Positions 35,054-49,049 of a stretch of DNA of 64,000 nucleotides are shown piece by piece. The notes beneath the pieces were generated by a model. It was not told the origin of the DNA. It made no database searches and worked only from the letters and a program-made list of their open reading frames with translations. A program made the position numbers and the translations under genes. Numbering within the stretch: position 1 is the first letter of the stretch; each line of letters starts with the position of its first letter. Source of the DNA: Camelus ferus (lineage: Eukaryota); contig NC_045696.1 of NCBI RefSeq assembly GCF_009834535.1, positions 30,816,001 to 30,880,000 of the forward strand. Direction: 5' to 3'.

Positions 35054-38000
35054 GCCTCTGTCTTAATATTTATTTTTATTTACTTCTCATCTTTTTATAT
35101 ATTTGCTGTGCTCATTTAGTCTTTTGAAAAAAATTATGTTCCTTGAAATTTGGGCTTTTGAACTGTATTTTTATATTAGATGTTGTTCTCTATGCTTTCT
35201 TCATTATATAAATGGATAGATAAATTTATTAACTCCCTTAAAGAAAGCTGTAACAATTTGTACATATTCAGTGTATAAATAGACACACACATGTATAAAT
35301 GCACATTGAGTCAAATGTATATATGGAAATTAGTAGATAGGTAATAAAAATAGTTGAATTTTATTGTTTTTAATTTTTGTGTAACTTCATATATCAGAAA
35401 AGCTCAATACTTTTTACCTTGGAAACAAATTATAAGTATCCTTGGCAACTAAGTAGTATATAAAATGCATATTTGCCCTTGTTTTTCTTCATATAGAGAA
35501 ATAGCAATAAAATACTTTAGCTCTAGCCACAGACAGCATTCTGAATAGATGTGTTGCCAGTAATGCTCAAGTCAGGGATATTTAAAGAAAATATAATCCA
35601 ATTACTGCTCAGAGGCCACACAGCAATAACAGAATGCAGCAGATTGTACCTAACAGACAACAATAGATTATTAAAATTCTCAAAATATTATATACAAAGT
35701 AAATTAGGGAAACACTCCCTAGCTTTTCATACTGCAGGGTTACTAAGCAACCAACAAAATAGATACTTCTTATAAAATATTTGCATTGAACTTAAGATAA
35801 ATATCTAAGCTCAACATAACCTTTCCTTTGTTTATTTCATAAAAATAAGTATCTGACAAATTTAATCTCCTGAAAAGTTTTAATATAGACAGGAATACTG
35901 ATTATAACAGTCAGAGTAATGCAGTATTTATTTACAAAGATTATAGGTCCTCTCTTAACTTAGAAAATAATGACTGAAAAACACTGACTGGTCCTTGATA
36001 ATTTGCTTTCTAAGTCATCATGGTCAAGTTAGTTCTTGATGGACAGATACTAACGTTGGTAATTATCTTCTATGCCTTTCCAAATGGCCCCAAATTCAAG
36101 CATTTCAAACAACAATAATGATTGGTATACAACTGTCATTCTTGCTCATGATAAAATATTATTTTATGAATGATGATTGGTCTCTCAGAATGCAAATATA
36201 TCCCCCAGTGAGGTGTTTAACTAATAGCCTTGCTCAGATGCTTTAAAAATAACAAAAATACAGGGAAAATTTAATAGATTAAACTCTTAAATTCTTTACT
36301 TTATTTAAATTGGTTATTACATTTCTCAGCAGGATCTTTTCTTCCTCAAATATTTTCCAGAAACACAATTTTTTATTGGTAAATTGTTATTTCTTAACCC
36401 TAACATATTTTCTTTCACAGAAGAATCACAGGTGGGTCTTGAATTAGAAAGTTCAATACATAATATGACTGATCTTAGTTTAAAAATAAAGTGGTATGTC
36501 TGTCACTGTTTGCAGGAATGTCTCTAATACTCACAATACATTCAATATGTTCACTTACAAAGAATAATCTGTTTGTTTATTGTTTTATTTGTATATTGAT
36601 TATTGCAACTAATTTCCCAGCAGTCCACAAATTTGCTGTATTACATAAAATTGTACTTTCTTGCATACTTAAATTTATACTCTTTCCAACGTTCTCTCAA
36701 TTTTACTTCTTCAGCTCACCATGCAATAAATGTTTGAGAAACTTATTTTCAATTGTCTGATAACATTCAGTTCAATGGAGTTTTATTCATTATGCATGGT
36801 TTCATCAATTCATTGCTACAAAATTTATCTTAACTCGTAAGTGATACTGATTAATCTTTTTGAGAATCTTTGCCTATAGCAAGCCCAAGTAAACTCGTGA
36901 CGCCACGGCCTGTGAGTTTTCAATCTCCAGCCTCATACGGAAATATTTATTCATTATGTAAACAAAATGACTCCAATTTCCAAGTTAGTGGGTTCACCTA
37001 AATTTTCCCTAAAGCAGATGTATTCGTCTCATTTTTCAGTCAGTCAATTACTAGACAAATTTTCATTGTTGCCTGATTCTAGCCTTTGTTTTCCCTTTTT
37101 GAGTCCTTTTTATTTACTAATTTCCCCAAGTACCACTGCTAGAGTGTGTACGTATGTCACAAACTTTTATGAAAATTCTGTGAGTAACATAGGGACAAAA
37201 CACCACAAATAACATAAAGATAAATAATAATTCTGACTGATTTTGTAATTATTCCAGAGTATTAATATACCAGAGACTTTCTCAATGGTTATTCTTTTAA
37301 ACCTTAGTCTTTTGTTTATCTTCTTGAGGCCTGTCATTTACCAATTCATAAAAGCTCAAATTGTCATACTAAAAAAAATGAATCTCTAAAACCTTCCCTC
37401 AAAATTAATTTTTTATATCAAAATATCTCAAGATTTTTTTCTAAATATAAAATATATATTTTTTTTCATTTTTAGGAATAATTTAAGCTAACATAGTTTC
37501 ACCTGTTGTATATATTTTAAGGACTTGTAATTGACAACTCATTTTATTTGTATAGATTCTCTACCTTTTACATTTCCCTTATTTGTTTGTTCTATAAATA
37601 CTATGTTGGTATTTATAAAAGATCTTTCATTTATTTTTTTCTATGGATTTCTCCAGAAAACATTTTTTATAATGGGAGATTAAAGGGAAGTTGATGGCAG
37701 ATGCTACAAAGGGAGAGAGAGTACGCCCTTGCCAGTGGGGCTCAAAGTGAGAAGACCCACTTGTCAGAAGCAACCTCCTTTGCAACAGCTGAAATACATT
37801 TTATGGACTGTCTCCTAGAATTTCTCTGGATCCAGTTTGTAAATAGAGAATAAGCAGGGAAGGCTGCTCTAAAGAATGACTGTGGAGATATCCAATTATG
37901 CTACTTTTCCAGAAGCAGTCCATTGATGATGCTGGTTGAAAAGACAAGTGTGAGGATCTCTATAGTATCTGAATACTGTCAACTAGGAAGAATAAACACC

Positions 38001-38229
38001 ACAAGGAACTGCACACACACACACACACACCATAAAATACATACATACAGAAATACAAATACACACAACTCACCCACATCAAAGTAAGTGTTTTGAATCA
38101 AGGAGAATCCTTGCTATTCTATAACACTGTCCTTATCCCTTCACACAAGAAAAGCCTAAAAAATACATTCCTGATTGAAAGGTAGGTTTTATTTAACAGA
38201 AACCATCACTGAATCTATATAAAGATAAT

Positions 38230-38740
38230 TCAAGAAAAAAATTAGAGATAGAGAAAAGAAGGAAAAACAGATTAAAAACAAGACTCATGACCAAATATAT
38301 AACTACAAAAATATCCAAATAGAAGCACATACGAAAAAACAAATAAAAAGTACAGAAAAGTAAAATACAAAATAAGATTAAAAGATGTTACATGTTTATA
38401 ATTAGCGATTCTAGGATGGAGAAAACAGAGGGGTAAGCAGCAATAATTGAAAATAAAATGGCTGAAAAATAGTCCAAACATTTTTGAAGAAATTAAGCCA
38501 TATTTTTGAGAATTCCTACAAACTCAATCAGTATACATTATTCTAAAAGTACTAAATAAATAAATAAAAAGAGATAATAAATCATTAAAATGTCCAGAAG
38601 GACCATAACATTATGTTTAAAGCTGAAAAAAGTAAGATAAAAAATTGACTTCTTAATTGGAAAAAAATACAGGAGCAGACATTTAACTTGCTAAAAGAGA
38701 AAAAACTACTAAACTAGAATTTTATATACAATGGAATTAG
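38230..38740 (+). mobile_element. Very old L1 ORF1 remnant
   Basis: AAAATAAAATGGCTGAAAAATAGTCCAAA, TGACTTCTTAATTGGAAAA and AAACTAGAATTTTATAT resemble ORF1 motifs. Confidence 0.55.
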
Positions 38741-38744
38741 AAGG

Positions 38745-41700
38745 AAAAAATAGGCAGAGTAAGGAACTCCAAAATTCTACACTTCCATGCACCAATGAAA
38801 AATCTGGCAAAAAACTCTCAAAATCAACTTTTTGAGCTCTGACATTTAAACAAAAGCTCATAGAAGTCTGGGAAGTGTTTATTCAACAAAACAATGGATA
38901 CTTGGTAAGAAGAGTGAATGTTATGGTGTCTTAACAAATTCTCATCTCTTTCCCTACTCCCCAGCTTAAAAGCAGCCTTGAAAGTAACAGTTTGCATTCT
39001 AGATACCAGCACTTGGTGGGTCAGAATGAATCTCATTCATAACGAATTCTTATTTGAAGTGACTCCCTGAAAGTCATGCGGAAAAACACTTATATTGATC
39101 CCACCTCTCTGGAAACTAGCCAAGTGCTAGAGCCTTTATCCAACTGGACTTTGCTGAACATGTTTAGAGAATAATGTTTTACTTTCTGCTTTCTGAAGCA
39201 ATGGATAACATTTGAGTCATAATACTTTTGGCTAACCAAAAAGCTTGAAAGGAAAGGCTGAGGACTGAAAATATTTGGGCCCTACAGAATTTGAAAAGCT
39301 ATAAGATACCCCTGGAAAAGTGTACCCAGAGCTATGTGCATTCAGGAATGACATGAGAAGACTCTAAGCTCTCACCTCTGGTTGACCCTCAGGAACTGTT
39401 AAACAGGAGTAAAGGATAAGATAATGTTTAAATTGCCTGAATGAGTGTTGAGGGCATGAAACACACAGGACCCCTCGGCAAAACCCAGGAGAACTTTTTA
39501 GCTACAGCTATTTAAATAAAAGATCTCTGTCTAATCATTAGCTGACCAGTAAGCTAGGGTAGCAGAGACTTCAATGGCCAAAAGACAAAAAATAAAAACT
39601 TTATAAAACTAGTTTTAATAATTCACCAAAGAAATATAATGATTTTAACAGCCAGCAGAAAAAACAAACCCTGAGAGAAGAGAGACTCTTCTTTTCCACA
39701 GTTGATGCATTATAATATTTAAAATGTCCAAATTTCAACAAAAAATTATGAGGTATACAAGAAAATAAGACTGTATACCCTACACAAAGGGGAAATGCAA
39801 TTTATAGTAACTATCCTTGAGGCAGTCAAAAGGCTAGGTATACTTAAAAAAGATTTAAATCAGCTATTTAAATATGTTCAAAGAACTGCAGGAAATAATA
39901 TTCAAATAACTAAAAGAAACCATGAAAACCGTCTCACCAAATATAAATTATCAATAAAGATATAGAAATAATTAAATAAATCCAAATAGAAAATTTAGTT
40001 TAAAAATACAAGAACTAAAATGAATATTTTACCAGAAGAGTTCCAAAGCAGATATGAGCATCAGAAGAAAGAATTAGCAACCATGAACATAGGTCAACTG
40101 AGATTATTTAGGTAGAAGAGCAGATAGGAAAATGAATTAAACATACAAACATATACATTTTCAGAGTGTAAGAAGAATAAAAAGGTGAGAAGGTAATAGA
40201 ATTATCTAAAGAAATAATAACTAAAATTTTTCAAGTTTGATGACTAGTATTAACCTACACATAAAGAAACTCAACATATTCAAAGTAGGTTAAACTCAGA
40301 AATCCACAGCAAGATATTATCAAACTCTCAGAAACCAAGGACAGAGAAACTCTTTAAAACAGGCAAATAAGCAATTATCATATGGTTATGACAAAAAGTG
40401 GTATGGTAAAAAAAAATTTTCTAACACAAGAGAAGGAAGTAACAGAGGAATTGAAGAACAAAATGATATACAACATTTGGAAAACAAATAAAAAGTCAGA
40501 AGTAAGTCCTTCTTTATTAGTAATTACATGTGACTAGAATAAAATCTCCATTTAAAAGACAGGGATTGACAGACTGGATTAAAATAAAACTTGATCCAAC
40601 TGTGTCCTGCCTACATAAGTTATACATTAGATACGAAGGAATATATAGGTTGAATTTGAAAAGAAAAAAGATCTCAAACCAATAATCTAAAATTTTAAGA
40701 AACTAGAAAAAAAAAAAACCAGAGCAATCAGAAAGAAGAAAATAATAAAGATTATTGTGGAAATGAATGAAATATAGAATAGAAAAAAAAAAAAACAAAG
40801 AGTTGGGTTTTGGGGGGAAACATGAACAAAACTGACAAAACTTTACTTGCCTGATTAAAAAATGAAAAAAAAAACACCTCAATTTCTAAAATTAAGAGAG
40901 AAAGCAGCCATGCTGCAGAAATACAAAGGATTCTAAGAGATTATCATGTGAAATTGTGTGCCACAAACTGGATAATCTAGGTGAAATGAAAAAATTCTTA
41001 AACATAGCAACTGCCAAAACTGATCCAAGAAGAAATAGAAAATCTGAAGAGACCTATAAAAATTTGATAATCAAAATCTTCCAACAAAGAAAAATCCAGG
41101 CCAAGATGGCTTCACTGATGAATTGTACTAAGCACTTAAAGAAGAATTAATAATACCCATCTGAATCTTCTAAAACTTTTTCAAAAAATACAAAAGAAAC
41201 ACTTTCTAGCCATTCTCTGTGATTCCAGTATTATCCTGAAGCCAAAGTCTGATAAAGATACCACAAGAAAACAAATACAGACCAAAGCTTTTATGAATAT
41301 TGATACAAAAATCTTAAGTATATATTAGAAAACTAAATCACTAGCCCATTTAAAAGATTATACATTATGACCAAGTGGCATTTATCCCAGGAATGCAAGG
41401 TTAGTTTACACACAAAGCTCAGTAAATATAATGTACCATCATAATAGAATGGGGGAAAAAACATATGATAATATCCATAGAAGAAGAAAAAGCTTTTGAC
41501 CCAATCCAAAATCTTGTCATGATAAAATCACTCTTGGAGTAGAAGAGAAATTGCTTAACCCAATAAAGGACATCTATAATAAACTCACAGTTAACATTAT
41601 ACTCAATGATGCAAGACTGAAAAATGTCCCCCTTAAATCAGGAACAGGACAAGAATGCCACTCTTGTAACTTCTATTTTTCATCATACTAGAATTTCTAA

Positions 41701-42685
41701 TGAGAGCAAGAAAACAAGAAAAGAAAGGAAGAAGGAAAAGTATCTCTAGTCACTGTTGAAAAAAATCATATATACAGGAATGAATCCCAAAATATTTTTT
41801 TAGATAACAAATGAGTTCAATAAATGTTGAATGAGTCAACAAATGCATTCAAGAACAATGTACAGAAAATCATTTTTATTTCTATACAGAAACAATGTGT
41901 GATTCAAAATGAAATTGAGATATTAATTCCACTTATAATAACATCAGAAAATTCAATACTTGGGAACAAAAATAACCAAGGGAATGCATGGCTTGCACAT
42001 TGAAAATCATAATACAATGTTGAAAGAAATTAAAGATGACCTAAAAATGAAAAGATACCCTATGTTCTTGAATTGGAAAACTTAATGTTGTGAGGATGGC
42101 AATATTCTCAAACTGATATACCTAGTATATTTAATTCCTATCAAAATCCCAGATGCCTGTTTTTCACAAACGTATAAAGGACTCCAAAAAGCCAAAAATG
42201 ATCTTGAAACAAAAGAGAGTTGGAGAATTCACAATTTCCAAACTTACTACAAAGTTACAGTAATCACAAACGTGTGGTTGGCAGAAAGACAGACATATTG
42301 ATCAATGGAATAGAATTCAGAGTTTCAAAATAACCTAATCTCTAGTCAATTGCTTTTTGTGTAAGGTGTCAAAATTATTTAACTGGGAAAGAAAATTATT
42401 TTCAGCAATGGTAATGTGACAACTACATGTCACATGCCAAGTAATGAAGACAGACCCCTAGTTTACACCACATAAAAAAAATTAAGTCAAAATAGATCAA
42501 ATACCTAAATTTAAGAGCTAAAACTATAAAATTACTCAAAATGAACATAGGTGTAAACCTTCATGACCTTGGAGTAGGCAATTGTTTCTTAAATATGGAA
42601 AAATTACAAGTAACAAAAAAATTGCTAAATTGAACTTTATTACAATTAAAATTTTGCATGCCAAAGTACACTATCAAGAAAAAAG
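38745..42685 (+). mobile_element. Old L1 (L1M4b-like 5' end, ORF1, ORF2) lacking its 3' end
   Basis: GGCAGAGTAAGGAACTCC...CTGGCAAAAA...AAAATCAACTTTT 5' end; ORF2 motifs ATTTATCCCAGGAATGCAAGG and ATCAATGGAATAGAATT; stops at ACACTATCAAGAAA. Confidence 0.8.
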
Positions 42686-42689
42686 GTAA

Positions 42690-44810
42690 GCCATAAGCCA
42701 ATTACACAAGAAATAATAACTATTAATAGGGATCCAAACTGGAAGAGAAGAGGTAAATTGTCCCTATATGCAGATGACAATATTATATCTAGAAAACCCT
42801 AAAGGCTCTACACAAAAACTATTAGAGTTTATAAAAGAATTCAGCAACGTAGCAGGATACAAGATTAACATACAGAAATCTGTGGCACTTCTTTACATTA
42901 CCAATGAAATATCAGAAAAAGAAAGTAAAAAAAAATCTCTTTTAAAATTGCATCCAAAACAATAAAATATTTAAAAATAAATCTGACCAAGGAGGTGAAA
43001 GACTTATACATGAAGAATTACAAAACACTGATTAGGGAAATTAAAAATGATTTAAAGAAATAGGAAGATATCCCATGTTCTTGGAAGAATTAATATTGTT
43101 AAAATGGCGATACTACCCAAAGCTATCTACAGATTTAATGTGATCTCTATCAACTTACCCAGCACATTTGTCACTAAACTAGAACAAATAATCCTAAAAT
43201 TTATATGGAATCACAAAAGGCCCAGAATTGCCAAAGGAATAACTGAAGAAAAAGAACAAAGCTGGAGGAATAACCCTCCCAGACTTCAAACAATACTACA
43301 GAGCTACAGTAATCAAAACAGCATGGTACTTACACAAAAACATATATATGGCTCAATGGAACAGAATAGAGAGCCCAGAAATAAACCCACAGACTTGTGG
43401 TAAATTAATCGTCAACAAAGGAGGCAAGAATATACAATGAAGAAAAGACAATTTCTTCAGCAAGTGGTGTTGGGAAAACTGGATAGTCACAGGAAAACCA
43501 ATGAAGTTAGAATACTCCCTCACACCATACACAAACATAAACTCAAAATGGCTTAAAGACTTAAACATAAGACAGTATAAACCTCCTAGAAGAAAACAGA
43601 GGAAAAACATTTTCTAACATAAATTTTAGCAATGTTCTCCCAGGGCAGTCTACCCAGGCAATAGAAATAAAAGCAAAAATAAACAAATGGGACCTAATTA
43701 AATTTATAAGCTTTTGCACAGCAAAGGAAACCATGAGCAAAACAAGACAAAAACCTACATAATGGGAGAAAATATTTGCAAATGATACAACTGACAAGGG
43801 CTTAAATTTCAGTATATATAAACAGCTCATACAACTCAATAACAAATAAACAAACAACACAATCCAAAAATGGGCAGAAAATCTAAACAAGCAATTCTCC
43901 AATGAAGACACACAAATGGCTTATAGGCACATGAAAAAATGCTAAACATCACTAATTATCAGAGAAATGCAAATCAAAACTATAATGAGGTATCACCTCA
44001 CCCCAGTCAGAATGGCCATCATTCAGAAGTCCATGAATGATAAATGCTGGAGAGGCTGTGGAGACAAGGGAACCCTCCTACACTGTTGGTGGGAATGCAG
44101 TTTGATGCAGCCATTATGGAAATCAGTATAGAAATCAGTATGGAAATTCATTAAAAAACTAAAAATAGACTTACCCTATGACCCAGCAATCCCACTTCTG
44201 GGCATATATCTGGAGGGAACTCTAATTCAAACAGACATATGCACCTTAATGTTCATAGCAGCACTATTTATAATAGCCAAAACATGGCAACAACATAAAT
44301 GTCCATCGACAGACAACTGGATAAAGAAGTTGTGATGTATTTATATAATGGAATACTACTCAGCCATAAAAAAGAATGCCATTTGCTGCAAATTAAATGG
44401 AACTGGAGATCATCGTTCTAAGTGAAGTAGGTCAGAAAGAGAAAGAAAAGTACCATATGATATCACTCATATGTGGAATCTAAAATAAATGAAAAAGAGA
44501 AAACTAATGAACTCATTTACGAAACAGAAAAAGATTCTCAGACATAGTAAACAATCTTATGGTTATGGGGGGAAAGGGGGTGGGAAGGGATAAATTTGGG
44601 AATCTGAGATTTGCAAATGTTTGACTCTATATATATAAATCATTTAAAAAATTTTCCTATGTATGGCACAGGGAACTACATTCAATATCTTATAATAACC
44701 TTCAGTGAAAATGTGTATATACATGTATATGCATGACTGGGACATTGTGCTTTACACCAGAAATTGACATTATAACTGACTCTAATTTAATTTAAAAAGT
44801 AAAGAATTAA
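42690..44810 (+). mobile_element. 5'-truncated artiodactyl/camelid L1 (RT domain to 3' end)
   Basis: YADD motif TATGCAGATGAC (42767-42778); ORFs 42768..42965 (ILYLENPK...[11 protein letters not shown]) and 43104..43403 ([12 protein letters not shown]) are ORF2p fragments; 3'UTR of the same type as 4936-5734. Confidence 0.95.
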
Positions 44811-44819
44811 ATATAATAA

Positions 44820-45600
44820 AAATAGTTTGTGAGATGTATAAGTAATGTATAAGTCAAGTAATTGTCAAAGAAGAACCAAACTCATGATTGGGATAAAACA
44901 GAATTGGTTTTTAAAACTGTTTGAAAGTTCTTACATTTTGGGGAAGTAATTTAACTACTAATTGAAGATTGACTGTAATAAGTCAAAATGAATATTCAGT
45001 ATGTGGTGTGACCATTTAGGAACCACACAAGAATATAAAATTCAAAATGTAATTTAAAATAATGGGAGAATTAGAAATGCCTAATTATGCCAAAATAATA
45101 GAATAAAAGAGAATTAAAGAATAAATAATAGATGACAGAAGATAGAAACATGATAGTTTTAAGTCAATCTACATCAGAAATCATATTAAATGTAAATAGA
45201 CTAAACACTTCAATTGAAAGTAAAGATTATCAACTGTGATAAAATAACAATGCAGCAGCTTTGTGTTGTTTTTATCTGAAACACTTCCAATATAAAGACA
45301 CAAAAGGATTAAATTTAAAAATATGGAGGAACATACAACATGAATATACTAATCCTAAGATGTTTGTGTGGGTTCCTCAATATCAGACAAATTAGGTCTT
45401 TAGGCAAGAAATGTTACCAGAGAGGAGTGACATCAATTCAATGAGATGATGAAATAATTCTAAATTTGTAGGTACCTAATATAATTTCAAAATCTATAAA
45501 TTAAAATTTAACAAAATTAAAAAGGAATAAATAGGTAAATCCAGAGTTGGTATTAACATATTTCTCTCAGTAACTAATAAAAAACATTTTTCTTTAGATA
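44820..45600 (+). mobile_element. Very old L1 inter-ORF/endonuclease remnant, probably the continuation of 38230-38740
   Basis: CATATTAAATGTAAATAGACTAAACACTTCAATTGAAAG, AATATCAGACAAA, AATTCTAAATTTGTAGGTACCTAAT. Confidence 0.65.
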
Positions 45601-45721
45601 ACCTATAACATGCTATGTACTATAGTTTATATAACAGAGTAGCAATACTGATTTTGAATCCTCAGTACCTTAAAAATATTAGAGCCTATTACATATAAAC
45701 GTTGAGAGTATCAAACAAGTA

Positions 45722-46383
45722 TGCTACACAGATTTCTAAGATGGTCCCATGATTGCACCCTTGTATTACACCCTATATAATCCTTAAATATGGATGGGAT
45801 CTGTGACTTGCTTCTAATCAATAATATATGACAGTAATGGATGTCACTCCTTTGATTAAGCTATGTTCATGGCAGAGGCAAATGAGTCATTACTCCCTCA
45901 ATTAGGTTACATTATAAGACAATTGTGATGGGATGTTTCTAGCATGATTGTTATATAAGACTCTATCTTAGAAGAGAGAATCAAGGGATTCTTTCCATTT
46001 CTGAAGAAGTAAGCTGCTATATGGTGAGAAGGTCATACAGAAAAGGGCTGTGTATGTGTCCTCAAGGAGCCAAAAATGCCCTCCATCTAAAGAAATGCCC
46101 TCTTTCTAAAATCCAGAAAGAAAAGTGTACTCAGTCATACAATGATAAGGAAATGAATTCTGCCAACACTCTGACAGAGCCTGAAAGGGTATCCTTCCCC
46201 AGTCAGGACTAGGTGAAAACACAGCCCAACCAACAATTCTTCAGAGCCTTCTGTAACCTTGAGTAGCAAACCCAGATCAACTCTGACCCACTTCTGACCT
46301 TCCAAAATAAATGACAAAAAATGTGAAGTCTTAAGCTGCTGAATATGTGGTAATTTGTTACACAGTAATAGAAAATAGATATA
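45722..46383 (+). mobile_element. MLT1E-like MaLR solo LTR
   Basis: ATTTCTAAGATGGTCCC start; CTGTGACTTGCTTCTAATCAATA; AAGGAAATGAATTCTGCCAAC; TTAAGCTGCTGAATATGTGGTAATTTGTTACACAGTAATAGAAAA end. Confidence 0.85.
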
Positions 46384-46739
46384 ATATAATTACTTTAGAA
46401 AATGTATTTTCTGATCATGGCTTGTAGGCACTCAATGTAATTTTAATTGTGTTTTATCTTTTGCTTCTCACTATATGCAAATAGTATATTCATATCTTAA
46501 AAATAAAAACAATTTAAACCTTCCAGTCTAAAAAGTACACATCACAGCTATATAGCAAGATAGGTAATCATATAGACATACATAGAAGAGAAAGGAGAGT
46601 GAGACAGGAGGAATAATTCAGGAAAAATAATTTTGAAGTTAATTTTATTAAAAAGAAAATCTGTCACTACCTCTCTAAACATTTGATTCCTGCACTTGAA
46701 GAATATAATTAAATAGTAATCTCTTTCCATGTTATGAAG

Positions 46740-47245
46740 ACCATGCTGACTTTTCTGGGCTCATCTCTTCTCCCTTTAAGGTTGCCTTCCTTGCTCCTAC
46801 TACACTAGTTTTATTTCAGCACCTTGAACATGTTAAACGTGTTCTTCCCTCAGGGTGATTGTATTCCCTCTGGTTAGAATGTCTTATGTTGCCAGCTTCA
46901 TGGCATTCAAATCTCAATTTAAGTCACCATCTCAGAAGGGCTTTCTCCTCTCTTTTTCCAAAATAGTCCTAAAATTAATGTCTACTACATCATTCTCTGT
47001 GACATCTCTGCATAAACATTTTCAGTGATTTCTTTTTTCTTTTTGAGAGTGTTTGGGTTTTGCTTTGTTTATGTTGTTTTTGTTTAGTTTTGTTTTTCCA
47101 GTTTTCCATGGTCCCCTAATAGAATTTACAAGAAAAAAAAAAAAGAGTGGAAACATTTCTGTCTCATTTCTCACTATACCCTAGTACCTAGACTAGAGCC
47201 TGGTCCATAATAGGTGCTCAGTAAATGCTGTATAAGTTGATGAAT
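46740..47245 (+). mobile_element. L2 3' end (L2a-like)
   Basis: CCTCAGGG...GTCACCATCTCAGAAGGGCTTTC...AGAGCCTGGTCCATAATAGGTGCTCAGTAAAT. Confidence 0.8.
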
Positions 47246-49049
47246 TTAAAAGAGAAACTGCTGGATTTTTAATTCTTTCTTTCAACTAGGTCCTTCTTAG
47301 CCTAGTTTTAAAAGACAAGTCTATATTCAGATTTATCAGTGTTTTCCAGTCTTTTGTTCTATATCCGTGAATTTTCGTGCTACCTTTATTATAATCTTAA
47401 AGTAGCACTCAGAAAAATGTTACTAAATTTAAAGTTTGTTTTTCTACACTCTCTAATAATATGTTTTATGAATATTACATAGGCTGCTCATAAAGTAGCT
47501 TCAAATTTATTAGATCAGGACCCAATTTTGAGAGAATTGACAAAGAAATTGGTGAGTTTGATTCTACTATAGTTTTAAATATTATTCTTATTATTTGATT
47601 GTAGTTCATAGAGTGTTTTCATTTATTGCATTCACTTCTAACACCATGTAAGCTCTCGTACTGAATTAATTATTTGTTCTTTTTATTTATTCCAGAGAAT
47701 TTAATGTGATTATAAAAGATTCATTTGATCTTGTTCAAGTAAATTATGACTTTCCACAGGGTTATCTTTTAAATTATGTCCTCTGTGTTATTTGCATATT
47801 TGTATTAGAAATATTTTTAGGACATGAGTTGTGAATTATTGCTATTTCATGCATCAAACAATCTTATCTGTGTCACACTGAAGATGTAAATATAAATTCT
47901 TATCATGAAATTTATTCAAATATGATTCTTATAAACACCTAAAGATTGAAATTGTATTTGAATTAATATGAATGCTCTCCTAGCATCCGAGAACACAAGC
48001 ATTCTTGTTTGACTTAGTTTTGCGGTGACACACAAAAAAAAGGCATAATTGATAGGACTTATCTTTCTGTCAATTTTGACATACTTATATTAATAGACTA
48101 ATAAGGTTTGACATGGCCCAATGATAATGCATGCATTTGCATCATTCTAAGATAATAGAACAATCATTTATTAGATTTTGAAGTTTGAAAGTATTTAAAT
48201 TACTATGCTACACCATAGTATATCATACAGCGCATGAATGCTACTTTTCTACGAAACGTTGTCAGAATGTCAGAAAAAGAGATGCTCTTATCATTCTACT
48301 CCAAGGACATGGATCTTATTTGGATCATGCCCTATACCCAGTGGGAAAAAAGAAGATAAAGCAACTGAACTGTGATCAATTTATCTCTGTCAATATTGGA
48401 GCTTCAGGAGGAAGATGAGGAGAAGATTTGATCTCATTTTCTTGTAAACATGATAACTGGAACTTCTGAAAAGTAGACTAATGATATATGCAAGAAAGGA
48501 TCCTTTCATATGTAATGCTTTTTGTCCGAATTTAGCATTAGTTATTGGAAATAAACCTAGAATATTGACTTATGAGATATGATTCCCTGGAAAATGTCAC
48601 ATACACTATGTTACTATTTGATGTACAAAATGGAGATTTTTATAATCTAAATCTTCCCTGCTGTCACTTTGGTCTAGAGATGTGTGTTTGGTGCAAGAAC
48701 AAGGGGCTTTGAGAGTTGCCTTCACTACCCTAGACATTCTCTCTGCTTCTCCTCTGCTTCTTCATTGTTTGTCTTCTTGAAATTATTAGTAAAACTTGAT
48801 ATTGACTAAGCTGACTCATGTGAGTCTGAGTTTGTAACACCATTGAGTTTGTCAGCTCAATCAGTTTTAACTCCCAGGAACCTTGACAAGAATCTAGTGG
48901 AATCAAGTTATGGTACAGTAGTAGTCATAGTCTCAAGACAGTCTTATCTACATTTGTCTATTCCAAGGGGAAAGTAAGATCATCTCACAATAGGCTTTTT
49001 TCTTTCTTCCTATGCTCATTTCTTCTCTTTCTTTCCTTCCTTATTTCCC

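Noticed and set aside
37670..38220. Possible highly decayed ERVL LTR
   Set aside because: Only a vague resemblance; no family or termini could be supported
42768..43403. ORFs with reverse transcriptase-like sequence as a functional RT gene or novel RT system
   Set aside because: Frameshifted, stop-interrupted fragments of a 5'-truncated L1 ORF2; the YADD motif is out of frame with the listed ORF
44119..44142. Short tandem duplications (GAAATCAGTAT twice here; similar ones near 10480, 12650, 57260 and 58080)
   Set aside because: Two-copy slippage duplications, common in neutral DNA; no array or spacer structure
4936..44810. Similarity between 4936-5734 and ~44010-44800 as a segmental duplication
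   Set aside because: Similarity is limited to L1 sequence with many mismatches and different flanks; these are independent insertions of related L1s
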